The notes under the pieces: model-generated | The model's database searches: none | Seen by the model: only the letters and a program-made list of their open reading frames with translations | Told to the model about the DNA's origin: nothing | Made by a program: the position numbers and the translations under genes | NCBI GenBank assembly: GCA_965213735.1 | Contig: CBDCAB010000005.1 | Coordinates: forward strand, 279,134 to 343,133 | DNA: 64,000 nt | Direction: 5' to 3' | Origin: Saprospiraceae bacterium | GTDB lineage: Bacteria; Bacteroidota; Bacteroidia; Chitinophagales; Saprospiraceae | Shown here: positions 16,534 through 26,600 of the stretch, in pieces | How the letters are laid out: each line of letters opens with the position of its first letter | Position numbering within the stretch: position 1 is the stretch's first letter

Positions 16534-18909
16534 TTGCGTATCTCCGTGAACGAATCCCAAACCCGCCAAGACCTAGTTACTCCAGCCCTCAGAGCAGCTG
16601 GATGGGAAACCGTGCCCGGCAGCAGAATTCGCACTGAATTTCCTGTCACTAACACGACAAAGCCTGGCGAACGCAACTACCGACAACTTTCTGCTGATTA
16701 CGTCCTCATTTATAAAAATAGGATGCTGGCCGTAGTCGAGGCAAAAGCGCGAGATACGTACTATACTAACGGGCTGGGCCAAGCCAAGGATTATGCCAAG
16801 CGTCTTCAGGTGCGCTACACCTATGCTACCAATGGTCGGCGCTTCTACGAAGTAGACATGGAGGAGGGCCAAGAAGGGGACGTTCAGTCTTTCCCCTCGC
16901 CCGATGAACTCTGGGAGCGGACGTATCCAAGTCCGACATCAGCGCAACCTTACAAGCAGGAGATCGTCGACTGGAAGACTCGGCTCTTCGAAGTTCCGTT
17001 TGAGAGCCAGGGGGGCAAGTGGCAGTTGCGCTATTATCAAACCAACGCAATCAACGCCGTGCTCGACCGCATTGCCGAGAAGCATCAGCGCGTGCTGCTT
17101 ACCCTAGCTACCGGCACCGGCAAAACCGCGATCGCCTTTCAAATTGTTTGGAAGCTTTACCAGGCAAAATGGACGCTGCGCCGCGATGCCAAACGCAGTC
17201 CACGGATTCTGTTTCTTGCCGACCGTAACATCCTTGCCGACCAAGCCTTCAACAGCTTCAGTAATGCCTTTGCCGAGGACGCCCTAGTGCGCATAAGCCC
17301 TGCTGAAATCAGTAAGAAAGGCCGCGTCCCCACTAACGGTGCCGTATTCTTTTCCATCTTCCAGACCTTCATGTCGGGGCCTGACGACAGTCCCTACTAC
17401 ACACATTATGAACCTGACTTTTTCGATTTCATTATTGTGGACGAGTGTCACCGGGGAGGCGCCAACGACGAGAGTACCTGGCGCGATATACTCGAGCATT
17501 TCAGTCCTGCGGTACAGCTAGGCCTCACCGCCACCCCCAAGCGCGACGAAAACGTCGACACCTACAAGTATTTCGGCGACCCGGTGTACACCTATGCGCT
17601 CAAGGAAGGCATCAACGACGGGTTTCTTACACCTTTCCGCGTACAGATGATCACTACGACGATGGATACCTACACGTTCTCTGCCGACGATGATGTCATT
17701 GAAGGGGATATTATCGAAGGTCGCGAGTACACCGAGTCAGAAATAAATCGCATTGTTTCCATTAAAGCTCGCGAAGAGTTTAGGGTACGTCGTTTTATGG
17801 AGCTTATAAACCAAAATCAAAAGACGCTCGTGTTCTGCGCCAACCAAGAACATGCTGCGGCCATTCGCGATCTCGTTAATCAACACAGCGATAGCCTCAA
17901 CCCCAACTACTGTTGTCGCGTCACCGCCGATGATGGCAGCAGAGGTGAGAAGCACCTGCGAGATTTTCAGGATAATGAGAAGCGAATCCCGACAATCCTT
18001 ACGACTTCGCAAAAATTAAGTACCGGAGTTGATGCTCCCGAGATCCGCAATATTGTGCTACTCCGTCCTATCAACAGTATGGTTGAGTTTAAACAAATAG
18101 TAGGTCGTGGCACTCGCCTGTATGATGGTAAGGATTACTTCACCCTATACGATTTCGTGAAAGCTCACGAGCATTTCAAAGATCCTGAATGGGATGGTGA
18201 TCCTGTCGAACCTGAACCGTCCTATCCAATTGAGCGACCGAAGGTTGGGGATGAAGGTCTCGTTAGGGATCCTGTACAAGCCTTGTGTACGGAGTGTCAG
18301 CATGAGCCCTGCCTGTGTGAGGAAGGTCCGCGTGTCATGACCCGCATTCGCCTCTCCACGCAACGTGAGCTGGCTATAGATTCTATGATTAACACTTCTT
18401 TCATGAGTGCGAGTGGTATACCGATTACTTCGAGCGAATTTATTCAGCAGCTATTTGGTGATCTACCTCAGTTTTTTAAAAGCGAGGAAGATCTGCGGCT
18501 GATTTGGAGTGATGCCAATACGCGCAAGCAGTTGCTGGAGCAGATGGCGGAAGTTGGCTACACTAACTCACAACTTGAAGAGCTACGTAAGTTGGTGCAT
18601 GGTACAGACAGCGACCTTTACGACGTGCTCAAGTACGTAGCCTACCAACGGGATATGGTTTCGCGTCGTCAGCGTGCGGCTTTCGCCAAAACCCGTTGTG
18701 CAGGTAAATACTCAACGGCGCAGAATGAGTTCTTAGACTTTATTCTGGATCAATACATTGAGGGTGGGGTAAGCGAATTAGACGGTGACAAGCTGTCAAA
18801 ACTTCTGAAACTAAAGTATAAAAGTATACCCGACGCAAAGAAGAGCTTGGGCCCAGTAGAACTGATCCGTGACACCTTCCTTGGCTTTCAGGGCGGGCTG
18901 TATGGATAA
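16534..18909 (+). CDS. hsdR: Type I restriction enzyme, R (endonuclease/translocase) subunit, EcoEI-like short form
   Basis: N-terminal NESQTRQDLVTPALRAAGW. SF2 motifs LATGTGKT, DECHRGG and QKLSTGVDAP. An EcoEI-R-type C-terminal tail is present (FLDFILDQYIEGG...). Confidence 0.93.
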   Translation: MRISVNESQTRQDLVTPALRAAGWETVPGSRIRTEFPVTNTTKPGERNYRQLSADYVLIYKNRMLAVVEAKARDTYYTNGLGQAKDYAKRLQVRYTYATNGRRFYEVDMEEGQEGDVQSFPSPDELWERTYPSPTSAQPYKQEIVDWKTRLFEVPFESQGGKWQLRYYQTNAINAVLDRIAEKHQRVLLTLATGTGKTAIAFQIVWKLYQAKWTLRRDAKRSPRILFLADRNILADQAFNSFSNAFAEDALVRISPAEISKKGRVPTNGAVFFSIFQTFMSGPDDSPYYTHYEPDFFDFIIVDECHRGGANDESTWRDILEHFSPAVQLGLTATPKRDENVDTYKYFGDPVYTYALKEGINDGFLTPFRVQMITTTMDTYTFSADDDVIEGDIIEGREYTESEINRIVSIKAREEFRVRRFMELINQNQKTLVFCANQEHAAAIRDLVNQHSDSLNPNYCCRVTADDGSRGEKHLRDFQDNEKRIPTILTTSQKLSTGVDAPEIRNIVLLRPINSMVEFKQIVGRGTRLYDGKDYFTLYDFVKAHEHFKDPEWDGDPVEPEPSYPIERPKVGDEGLVRDPVQALCTECQHEPCLCEEGPRVMTRIRLSTQRELAIDSMINTSFMSASGIPITSSEFIQQLFGDLPQFFKSEEDLRLIWSDANTRKQLLEQMAEVGYTNSQLEELRKLVHGTDSDLYDVLKYVAYQRDMVSRRQRAAFAKTRCAGKYSTAQNEFLDFILDQYIEGGVSELDGDKLSKLLKLKYKSIPDAKKSLGPVELIRDTFLGFQGGLYG

Positions 18910-19044
18910 GTACAAGCGTTCATGTAACTCGCCTCCGTGGCCTTCTTCCCTGCTCATCCTTTCATATGTGCGAAGTTGTGGTGAGCTGCCAGCGCTCTTG
19001 CTGCCACACGCGCGAGTAGGTGTTGGTGCGATTGGCCTCGAAGC

Positions 19045-19335
19045 CTACCCCTCACGTCTTAGCATAGGAATAGGCCGTGTATAAATGGCATCGTGGAGAG
19101 GCGTGATCCTCTTTCTTGTTCTAGTAATAATTGGTCTTTGACCAACTAGGTGGGTTTGCGCGAGTGTGGTCTTGCCGACTTGCCGCGGGCGGAAGATGCC
19201 TTCGGCGGGAAATACACCGAATAGTTTGCTGATTTCTTTTATGGCATCTTGTTGGATCACAATGTTGCAAAATAGAGAGCCGAGCTTGTAAGCTGCCAAC
19301 CCTTTAGAGTAATATTTAAGCATTTGTGTGATCAA
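19045..19335 (-). pseudogene. Remnant of a COG1373-type AAA ATPase (N-terminal fragment only)
   Basis: The P-loop RPRQVGKTTLAQ is typical of DUF4143-associated ATPases. The ORF ends about 35 codons after the P-loop. Confidence 0.45.
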
Positions 19336-19503
19336 TGGACGCAGAGGCTGTTTTAAATGAAGTGCGCCTCAGCTTTTGTATGTTGTTCAGCATGCATTAG
19401 AGCGCTGTATATCTACACCAAAGGCTTCAAGAGAAGAGGTTAGTACAAGAAACTCAAAGAATGCCTCTCATTACGAGGAAATCCTTTTGCCCACTGGAGA
19501 AGT

Positions 19504-20118
19504 CTAATTATTAATATACTTCTCGAACACCTCACTAAAGTCTTTACGGACATAGTTATCATATGCCTCGGTAAGCCAATCGTGGATGTAGGTGGTGAGC
19601 TTGGGTAAATCTTCGGCCTTGCTGGAGGCGCTGGTGCGGGCATTACCCAGGACGCTGACGGCTTGTGAGATACTTGTCTGAGCCCGCTCGTGTTTGGTCA
19701 TGTTGGAGCTGACCTCTAAAGAGATGGCGTAGAGGGCTTTGTACAGGTCTGCCAGTTGTGTAGACTGTCTTTTATCGACATCGACACTGAAAGCCATTTC
19801 TCCGATGCTGAACTTAATTTCGGCGTCCAAGTCTACTGTACCAGCCGTTTCAAGCGCTACATTACTTATGGGTGTTTTGTAAAATTCGTAGCGACGCAGG
19901 GTTCGTTTGCTAGAGATAGCGGACTCACCATCTACGTGAATCAGTGCTCGATTGGTAAAGCAGTATTCGTCCTTTTTACTTTTGATGAGAAAGTAAATTT
20001 TCTCTCCATCTTCATGGAGAACATAATCATCGGCCTCTACTTTATCGTAGTCCGCCGGTGAGACAATGCGCCCGATATCGGAGATGCCTAGGGCTTCGGC
20101 AGCGAGTTTCTTGAACAT
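19504..20118 (-). CDS. YvbH-like bacterial PH-domain protein with a helical C-terminal extension
   Basis: 204 aa. The pattern is YCFTNRALIHVDGESAISSKRTLRRYEFYKTPISNVALETAGTVDLDAEIKF followed by a helical tail. Confidence 0.7.
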   Translation of the reverse strand: MFKKLAAEALGISDIGRIVSPADYDKVEADDYVLHEDGEKIYFLIKSKKDEYCFTNRALIHVDGESAISSKRTLRRYEFYKTPISNVALETAGTVDLDAEIKFSIGEMAFSVDVDKRQSTQLADLYKALYAISLEVSSNMTKHERAQTSISQAVSVLGNARTSASSKAEDLPKLTTYIHDWLTEAYDNYVRKDFSEVFEKYINN

Positions 20119-20414
20119 GAAGGGAATGTAAGTCGGCTGGTAGGTGGTGTGGTAGCCTTCCTTGAGCTATTTCCACATCATCGTCAACAAAAGTGATTCG
20201 AGCAGCTTCGACGGTGTAAGCGCTTCTCGACGTGTAAACAAAAACCCGTTTTTTTACAGGTCATGACACAGGTGCACAAGCTTCCTCTTAACTACGACTT
20301 CGAGACATCGGCCATCCTCCGAGCTACTATTGTAACGGCACCTTGATAGAATCGTTCTAGCAGACCTGCTTTGTTAGCCACGTTGCTTAGATACCAGCCC
20401 TTATCTTTACCAAC

Positions 20415-21059
20415 ATGCCCATAGCAAGCTTGCTTACACCACCTTACCATATTGATCCGAAGCGTCATTATACGCTGGAGGAATGGCAGCTGCTCGAAGA
20501 GACGACGGGCGAGCAATTCGAGTATCATAAAGGTCGCTTGATCCCTGTACGGGCAATGGCCGGTGGTACTGGAGAACACGCCTTGATAGGGGCCAATGTG
20601 GTCTATTCGCTAGGCAAGATCACCCGCGAGTTGGATACAGTATCGAACGGTCAAGGTCAACTTGACTGTGGGGTATACAGCAGCGACTTACGTCTCATGC
20701 TCGAAACGGAGCAGCGCTACGTTTATCCTGATGCTGCGGTTATTTGTGGGCGACCTGTGTACGATATGAAGATCCCTACTGCCGCGCGCAACCCGCTGCT
20801 GGTGGTCGAGGTGCTTTCAAATAGGAGCGCCAGCTTTGATTCAGGCGATAAATTTGACTATTATGCTGCGCTCAATAGTCTGCGGGACTATATCCTGATA
20901 AGTCAGAATTCTCCCCGCATCGAAGTGCGTTCGCGTAGTGAACCTACCGGGACATGGACGATGACCATAACAGAAGGGCTTGACCAAGATGCTCACTTGC
21001 CAAGCCTGGGACAAGCCTTCACGCTAAAAGATGTGTATCGTTTGGTGGAGTGGAGATAA
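20415..21059 (+). CDS. Uma2 family (DUF820) endonuclease
   Basis: Motifs FEYHKGRLIP, YVYPDAAVICG, NPLLVVEVLS, DKFDYYAALNSLRDYILISQ. Confidence 0.85.
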   Translation: MPIASLLTPPYHIDPKRHYTLEEWQLLEETTGEQFEYHKGRLIPVRAMAGGTGEHALIGANVVYSLGKITRELDTVSNGQGQLDCGVYSSDLRLMLETEQRYVYPDAAVICGRPVYDMKIPTAARNPLLVVEVLSNRSASFDSGDKFDYYAALNSLRDYILISQNSPRIEVRSRSEPTGTWTMTITEGLDQDAHLPSLGQAFTLKDVYRLVEWR

Positions 21060-21180
21060 AAGCTCGGGGCGTAAAAATACCCGCTCGGACATGGCAGTAC
21101 CTATCGGCACCTGGATGAAGTTGTGGGGGCCGACCAGATTTGTGAGGCACATTACTGATCTCAGCCGTTTTCTATACCAG

Positions 21181-21227
21181 CATGCCCATAGCCAGCTTGC
21201 TTACACCACTTTACTGTATCGACCCGA
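21181..21227 (+). repeat. Duplicated 5' end of a Uma2 gene (remnant)
   Basis: 47 nt match 20414-20460 with 6 mismatches, including the ATG and MPIASLLTP codons. Homology is then lost. Confidence 0.6.
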
Positions 21228-21465
21228 CTTGTCCTTAAATGTTTACACTGGTCAATTGCAACAAAGCTTTGCAAAGTCTTCTAACCTACCTTTGCAAAGA
21301 GTGAGCAAGACGCCTGCTTTTGGAGGGCTTGCAAGTGGCTGGAATACAGTCACTTATATCGCTTGCTTGCAAAGTGTTGTGCAACTCACTGAAATTTTTT
21401 GCAAAGTCTGAGGTAGGTTTATGACTTCTTGCACCGCCTTCCGCTCACTAGACATTCGAGTCGCC

Positions 21466-23643
21466 TCACCGCACCCGCACTGTTCGCTTTGTGCCTATTT
21501 CTCCAACTTCGCCAGCTGCATTGACCACGCCGAGACCGTATTCAAATAAACCCGCCGCTGTAGCGGTGCCGTCCAAAAAGTAGCCTTCCTCCACGGGCAC
21601 CGTACTAATTGTAGCAAAAGCGCTGCCATCATTTATACTCCGCCGCTGAATAGCATAAGCAACCCGATCCTCCGTCAGCGTTACTGGCCAACTTACCGCT
21701 ACGCCCTCCGCTAGCGGCTGCAGGTAGAAGATGTTCTGCACCGCCGCAGGACTCGAAGCATCTTCAGTGTAATTTGCTACTACGCGTGCATCCGAAAAAG
21801 GCGACTGCCCACCATAAGCACCAACACTAGCCACGCGATACTGCGCACCCTCGAGCATCCCTCTGCCCAATGTGTCGCGCCACATGGCCGATCCGTGAAG
21901 CTCCGGCCCCACAGCCTGAAAATCAGTTTCATCACGCAGGCGCCGCTCTAGCCGATAGCCCTGCACCATATTGTTGCGCTGCCGCACATCATCCCACCTT
22001 AGCACCAAGGCTTCCGCGGCAACGTAGGGCTCGTTGATTTGCGGCGCGGGGATATCTACTGCTCGATTAGGCCGCGCCGACACCACCTTTGAATACTCGC
22101 TCGTATCCTGACGCAAATTGACAGCTTGAATAGCATAATAATACTTCGATCTGCCACTCAAAAAGGCAGCCGTATCGAGATAGGTAGTGCCCTCTACTGG
22201 ACCACCCGCAAAATAAAGCTTGTCGGGCCGCGTGCCCCTGTAAATTCGGTAGCCAAACCTGCTGCCACTCGTACCATGCTGCCACTCGAGGCGAATATTC
22301 TCACCCTCTGGACGAGCTTCGACTTGGTGTGGTGGCAGCGGAAGTTCAAAGGCCACATATGTACCTACTGTTGTCGCGGGCGCATCCTGTCGAAGCCCCG
22401 AGCCGGGTAGAAAGGCTGCCGAAACTTCATAGATGTAGTGAATGCCCACTTCTAGATCGCGATCTAGATAAGGCTGTGCGTCCGCAGCGAAAATTCCGAG
22501 TGTGTCGCGACGCTCATCTTCTCCAACCCGCACGATGCGCACACCGGCTAGTTCGGCTCGAGGCGAAAGAGGACTCCAAGTAATGGCTACTGCATCGGTA
22601 GTATCGCGAGAGTCGGCCCAATAAACGAGTTGAGCATTTGCCTGCGAGCGCTGCACAGCAAATACCGTGTCGGATAAATTTCCCGTGTTGTAGATAAAGT
22701 CTTCAAGCATTAGGTAAGCATAAAGTGGTGTTCCCGGATCTGAACTATAAGAATGGTTAAATACCATTGTGTCTCCACTATCTGTATATGTACCTACGAC
22801 CAATCCTACTGGCCTTAGGTCGTTATTTTCTTGCACATAGATGCGTCCGCGCAAGGAGGCAAAGCTGGTAGCTCGAGGTAAGGCCCATGCCGCTGTTGCT
22901 TCGTCGAAAATTGAGACTTTCTCAGGAGGAGTTAGCTCTACAGAATCTGCACTCGTTAGGTACCAGGTGAAGGTGGTGGTGCTGTCGGAGCTGCGGGGTG
23001 CAGCCGCTCTCGGTTGCAACTGAAGGAGGTCTATGTTGGCAGTGCCTGCTCGACCTACGCCGCGTGCCAGCACCGGGCCTTTTCGCTCCGCTTTTATTTG
23101 GTACGCATACACTTGTCCGAATTTTACATCATCATCTAGCCAGAGGTGCCCTACCGCTTGTCGCACTTCGCTCAGCTCGTAAAACAAGCCATAGTCCGCT
23201 GGAGCGCGATGCGTACGAATCCAATCCACGAGCGCATCTACGTCAGTCAACTGAAGCATCTCTGCAAATTCCTTGAGCTGCGCCTCAGTCAGATGCTGGC
23301 GCAAGTCAGCTGCCGAGCGTGGAGCGCGCATCTCACCCACACGACGATAAGACAGCTCAGCGAGCTGCTGATCAGCATCCACTGTAGCCCGCTCAATTAC
23401 GTAGACACCTTCGGCCGGCACGGCAGGCAAATCTTCTTGCACCAACTGCACGTAGTTGCCCGCCGGACCGCTCAGAACAGCAAGTCCGGGAAGCGACTGT
23501 GTCGGGTTTTGCGCAAGCGTGACCTGCACCATCAAAATGCAGAACATACTTGCCAGTAAACCATGCACAGCTTTGGCAGATCTTCTGCCTGCTCTAGAGT
23601 GGACCTGGGAATCGGAAGTAGACAGTAGAGTATTCATCAGCAA
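21466..23643 (-). CDS. Secreted protein with fibronectin type III-like repeats (hypothetical)
   Basis: 725-aa ORF with a signal-like N-terminus. Strand patterns recur (YAYQIKAERK, YIYEVSAAF, YYYAIQAVN, YRVASVGAYG). It starts 3 nt after the upstream giant gene. Confidence 0.65.
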   Translation of the reverse strand: MLMNTLLSTSDSQVHSRAGRRSAKAVHGLLASMFCILMVQVTLAQNPTQSLPGLAVLSGPAGNYVQLVQEDLPAVPAEGVYVIERATVDADQQLAELSYRRVGEMRAPRSAADLRQHLTEAQLKEFAEMLQLTDVDALVDWIRTHRAPADYGLFYELSEVRQAVGHLWLDDDVKFGQVYAYQIKAERKGPVLARGVGRAGTANIDLLQLQPRAAAPRSSDSTTTFTWYLTSADSVELTPPEKVSIFDEATAAWALPRATSFASLRGRIYVQENNDLRPVGLVVGTYTDSGDTMVFNHSYSSDPGTPLYAYLMLEDFIYNTGNLSDTVFAVQRSQANAQLVYWADSRDTTDAVAITWSPLSPRAELAGVRIVRVGEDERRDTLGIFAADAQPYLDRDLEVGIHYIYEVSAAFLPGSGLRQDAPATTVGTYVAFELPLPPHQVEARPEGENIRLEWQHGTSGSRFGYRIYRGTRPDKLYFAGGPVEGTTYLDTAAFLSGRSKYYYAIQAVNLRQDTSEYSKVVSARPNRAVDIPAPQINEPYVAAEALVLRWDDVRQRNNMVQGYRLERRLRDETDFQAVGPELHGSAMWRDTLGRGMLEGAQYRVASVGAYGGQSPFSDARVVANYTEDASSPAAVQNIFYLQPLAEGVAVSWPVTLTEDRVAYAIQRRSINDGSAFATISTVPVEEGYFLDGTATAAGLFEYGLGVVNAAGEVGEIGTKRTVRVR

Positions 23644-23646
23644 GGT

Positions 23647-26600
23647 TTAGTTTAGAGCGAAAGCAATCTCCTTCTTGCGCTCGGAGAGATCGAATGATGC
23701 ACGTGTATTGACGCAAAAACGGTAAGTTGCTTGCGGCAAATCAATACATATGTATGGCCATGCGGGAGAACAAACCCTCCGAAAGACCATGGCCATAGAA
23801 TTACATGGAGTTGCCTTGCGATCATACACTTCTAAGTAGGCACTTCCCGAACCGCTCATGTACCAGCCGCTAGCAGGTAAATATCCTCCAGCCAATTGAG
23901 CATCGACATCGAGTTCGCCATTTAGCGTTATAATGCTAAGGAGCGTCAGCGAAGCATCCACTTTAGCTTTTACTTTCGCATCAACAGTAAAGTCGGTACG
24001 TGCAAATGATTTAAAGAAGTTGGCTGTACCCACGGCATTAGCATCGTATGAAAATGCCACTGCATTAAAACCACCAATAGGTACCGTTATACTTCCCTGC
24101 TGGCGATTGGCGGTAAGTGCAGCACCCACGTAGACTCCATGCAGCAAGTTATCATAAGGACCATCTAGCGCACTTGCCGCTATATTCCGCCACAGCCGTT
24201 TCACCGAACTAGGCGTGGATGTGCCATCGCGATCCATATTGATTCCGACCGCTGCGAAGATATTACCAGTGGCAATCGTGCCAATGGCAGTGTACGCATT
24301 AACGCCAAGAAATACCCCTCCCTTGGGCCGAGATCCGGAAGGTGCCTGAGCGAATAGAGTACCTTGGATATCGAAAGCAGCAGCACCGTTTAGCAAAGCC
24401 TTACGTGATTCAACATCGACGGTGGCTAAGAGACGACAGAAATCAAGCTTAGCGGTGACGCTACCCCAATCCTCGTTTTTTAGCGAAAGCCCGGCGGTAC
24501 CCGTCACAATAGGAACGCCTCCACATTTAGATACATCAAATAGGACTTCGAGCGTCACGTTTTTGGCGTATACAACGGCCTTGGGAGTACCCTGAGGACC
24601 GAGTTCGCCGAGCGCCATCACTTTATACTTTTGAGTGGCGGTATTGAAATCAAACCCGCCGCCAATCGTGTGCCATATCACCGGTCCTGTGGTGATACCT
24701 GCCGATACAAGAATACTCGCGCCTAATTCTATACCCACTAAGCCTGCTGCTGGATTGTTGTGGTGATAAAACTTAAAGGAGGCTGCAAGCTTCTTGGTCA
24801 TCGTCTCCAACTCACCACTCCCCTCCATACCCCATTTGGTGGCCCCAAACGACATTTTCGCAGAAGCGGAAAGATGAAAGGCTGGACTATTAACTTCTAA
24901 AAAGATTTCGTTGACTTGCACCTGAAGTCCACTACCTCCGCCGCCAGCGAGAATTAGGCTACCGCCAACTTTAGAGTTTAGATCTTTAATTGGAAATTCT
25001 ACGGTGCCGCCAAGGCCAATAGCCCAAGCCATTTTAGTTGACGTGAGAAGCTTATCTGATGAGGCCCCACGCGCAACTAAATCTTGCAACTCTTTCACAG
25101 TAACTCGACCACGCATTACAGCATCATCAACCAGTGCCTTATCGGTAGGACTTGGCGTTTTACCCGCCCGCTCAGCCCTATCAATACGATCTTGAGCATA
25201 GGCGAGCATCTCTGGCGAACTACCGACGAACGTCCGCTTCGTTGGGTCGAAATATTTGGCAGTTTTTGAGAGCTCCATGTAGCTGGCCATATCGCTCATG
25301 CTCATCCCCACGCCGACGTTGACGAGTAGTTTTGAAATTACGAGCGTTACTGCTTTGAGATCGATACGTTTGTCAGGCGATGCAGCCATAAACACACTCC
25401 AGTCGGCGCTGCGAAAGATGAATCGATCAATGTTGATTGGAAATACTTGTCCTGCGACACCGGATCCACCACTCGCCGCGGTTCGCGTCCCCGACGCATT
25501 TGAAGTAGTCGTGGCTGCTCCGCCTGCTGCATAGTGCAGCACACCGGCTCCATCAAAGCTCATGGACAGTGGACTAGTTTCTAGCTTAATCTTAACTGGT
25601 CGCGTCGTTGTGGCGCGCAGGCTGTTCATGGCCAGCCCGAGAGTCGGAAAGAGCAATTCGCCGATGAGGGTTGGCCCATTGGTGCCGAGGACAAAAGACA
25701 GCTCCTTTATCTGGAGATTTTCTTCTGGCTTAACGTTGCCTGAGCTATCCGCTTTAAGAATAACAAGCCCGCCTGCTCCCAAACCTACATTAGGAGAACC
25801 TAAGCCTCGCACGATGATGCGGTCGAGTTGCATCATCCATTTGCCGATCTTGGCACGCACAGGTGTAGAGGCATCTACTTCGGCGGCCACCTTACTTACT
25901 ACCCCATCACCTTTTACATCAAAAGCAGACAGGCGCACCAAGCCTTTATTCGGCCAAGGAATGGCGTTGGCAACATTTGGAAGTTCTAAAAATCCAGCGA
26001 AGTGTATCCCCGAACTATCTACGCTGGCTTCTTCTTTATCAATATGTAAGTTGAGCAGACCACCCGCTAATCCACCTTTAACATGAGTCACATTAGTCGG
26101 TGCGACAAAGGGGAGTTTAGGAGCATTAGGATCAACTGGCTTCTTCTTCTTCGCCTTCTTCAGCTTAATGCTTGTAAAGTTAGGCGCCGCTTGCGCAAAA
26201 ACTAAGGAAAACGTCGCATTGCGCGACATATAATCCATAGCCTTACCTGGCGAGGCAAAGACCCCCTGAAATTCTTGATTTCCAAGGAGCATGGCTGTAC
26301 CAACAACATTAGTCACTGCCGCAGTATTTATATTGCTCGCTGCGTAGTCGAATTTATCATTAGAAACATACGCTGACGGAAGCGAGCTCATTGGCAGACC
26401 GCCAATCGTGCCGAAGCGCTTTAAATTGAGCAGCAAAGTATTGCCGCCAATTACTGCAACTCGCTTCTCGGCAGGTGTCGAGCCATTCATGGGGCGCAAC
26501 TCGATAATTGGCGAGCCTACCACATCGATAGGAGCAAAGCCAAACGCATCGGTTGGCAAGGTGGCTACATCAAGTGCGATAGGTCCGAGAGGAATGGCCG

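Noticed and set aside
16314-16676. 120-aa minus-strand ORF over the hsdR promoter and start
   Set aside because: It overlaps the strongly supported hsdR N-terminus in antisense and spans the palindromic control region. It has no protein-like motifs.
20253-20340. Short frame MTQVHKLPLNYDFETSAILRATIVTAP resembling the N-terminus of Fic-family proteins
   Set aside because: Only about 28 codons precede a stop and no Fic motif (HxFx[D/E]GNGR) lies downstream. It is too short to support even as a pseudogene.
21031-21411. 126-aa ORF following the Uma2 gene
   Set aside because: It overlaps the Uma2 stop and contains the duplicated Uma2 5' fragment in a different frame. The rest is covered by the TTGCAA repeat field, so it is most likely non-coding.
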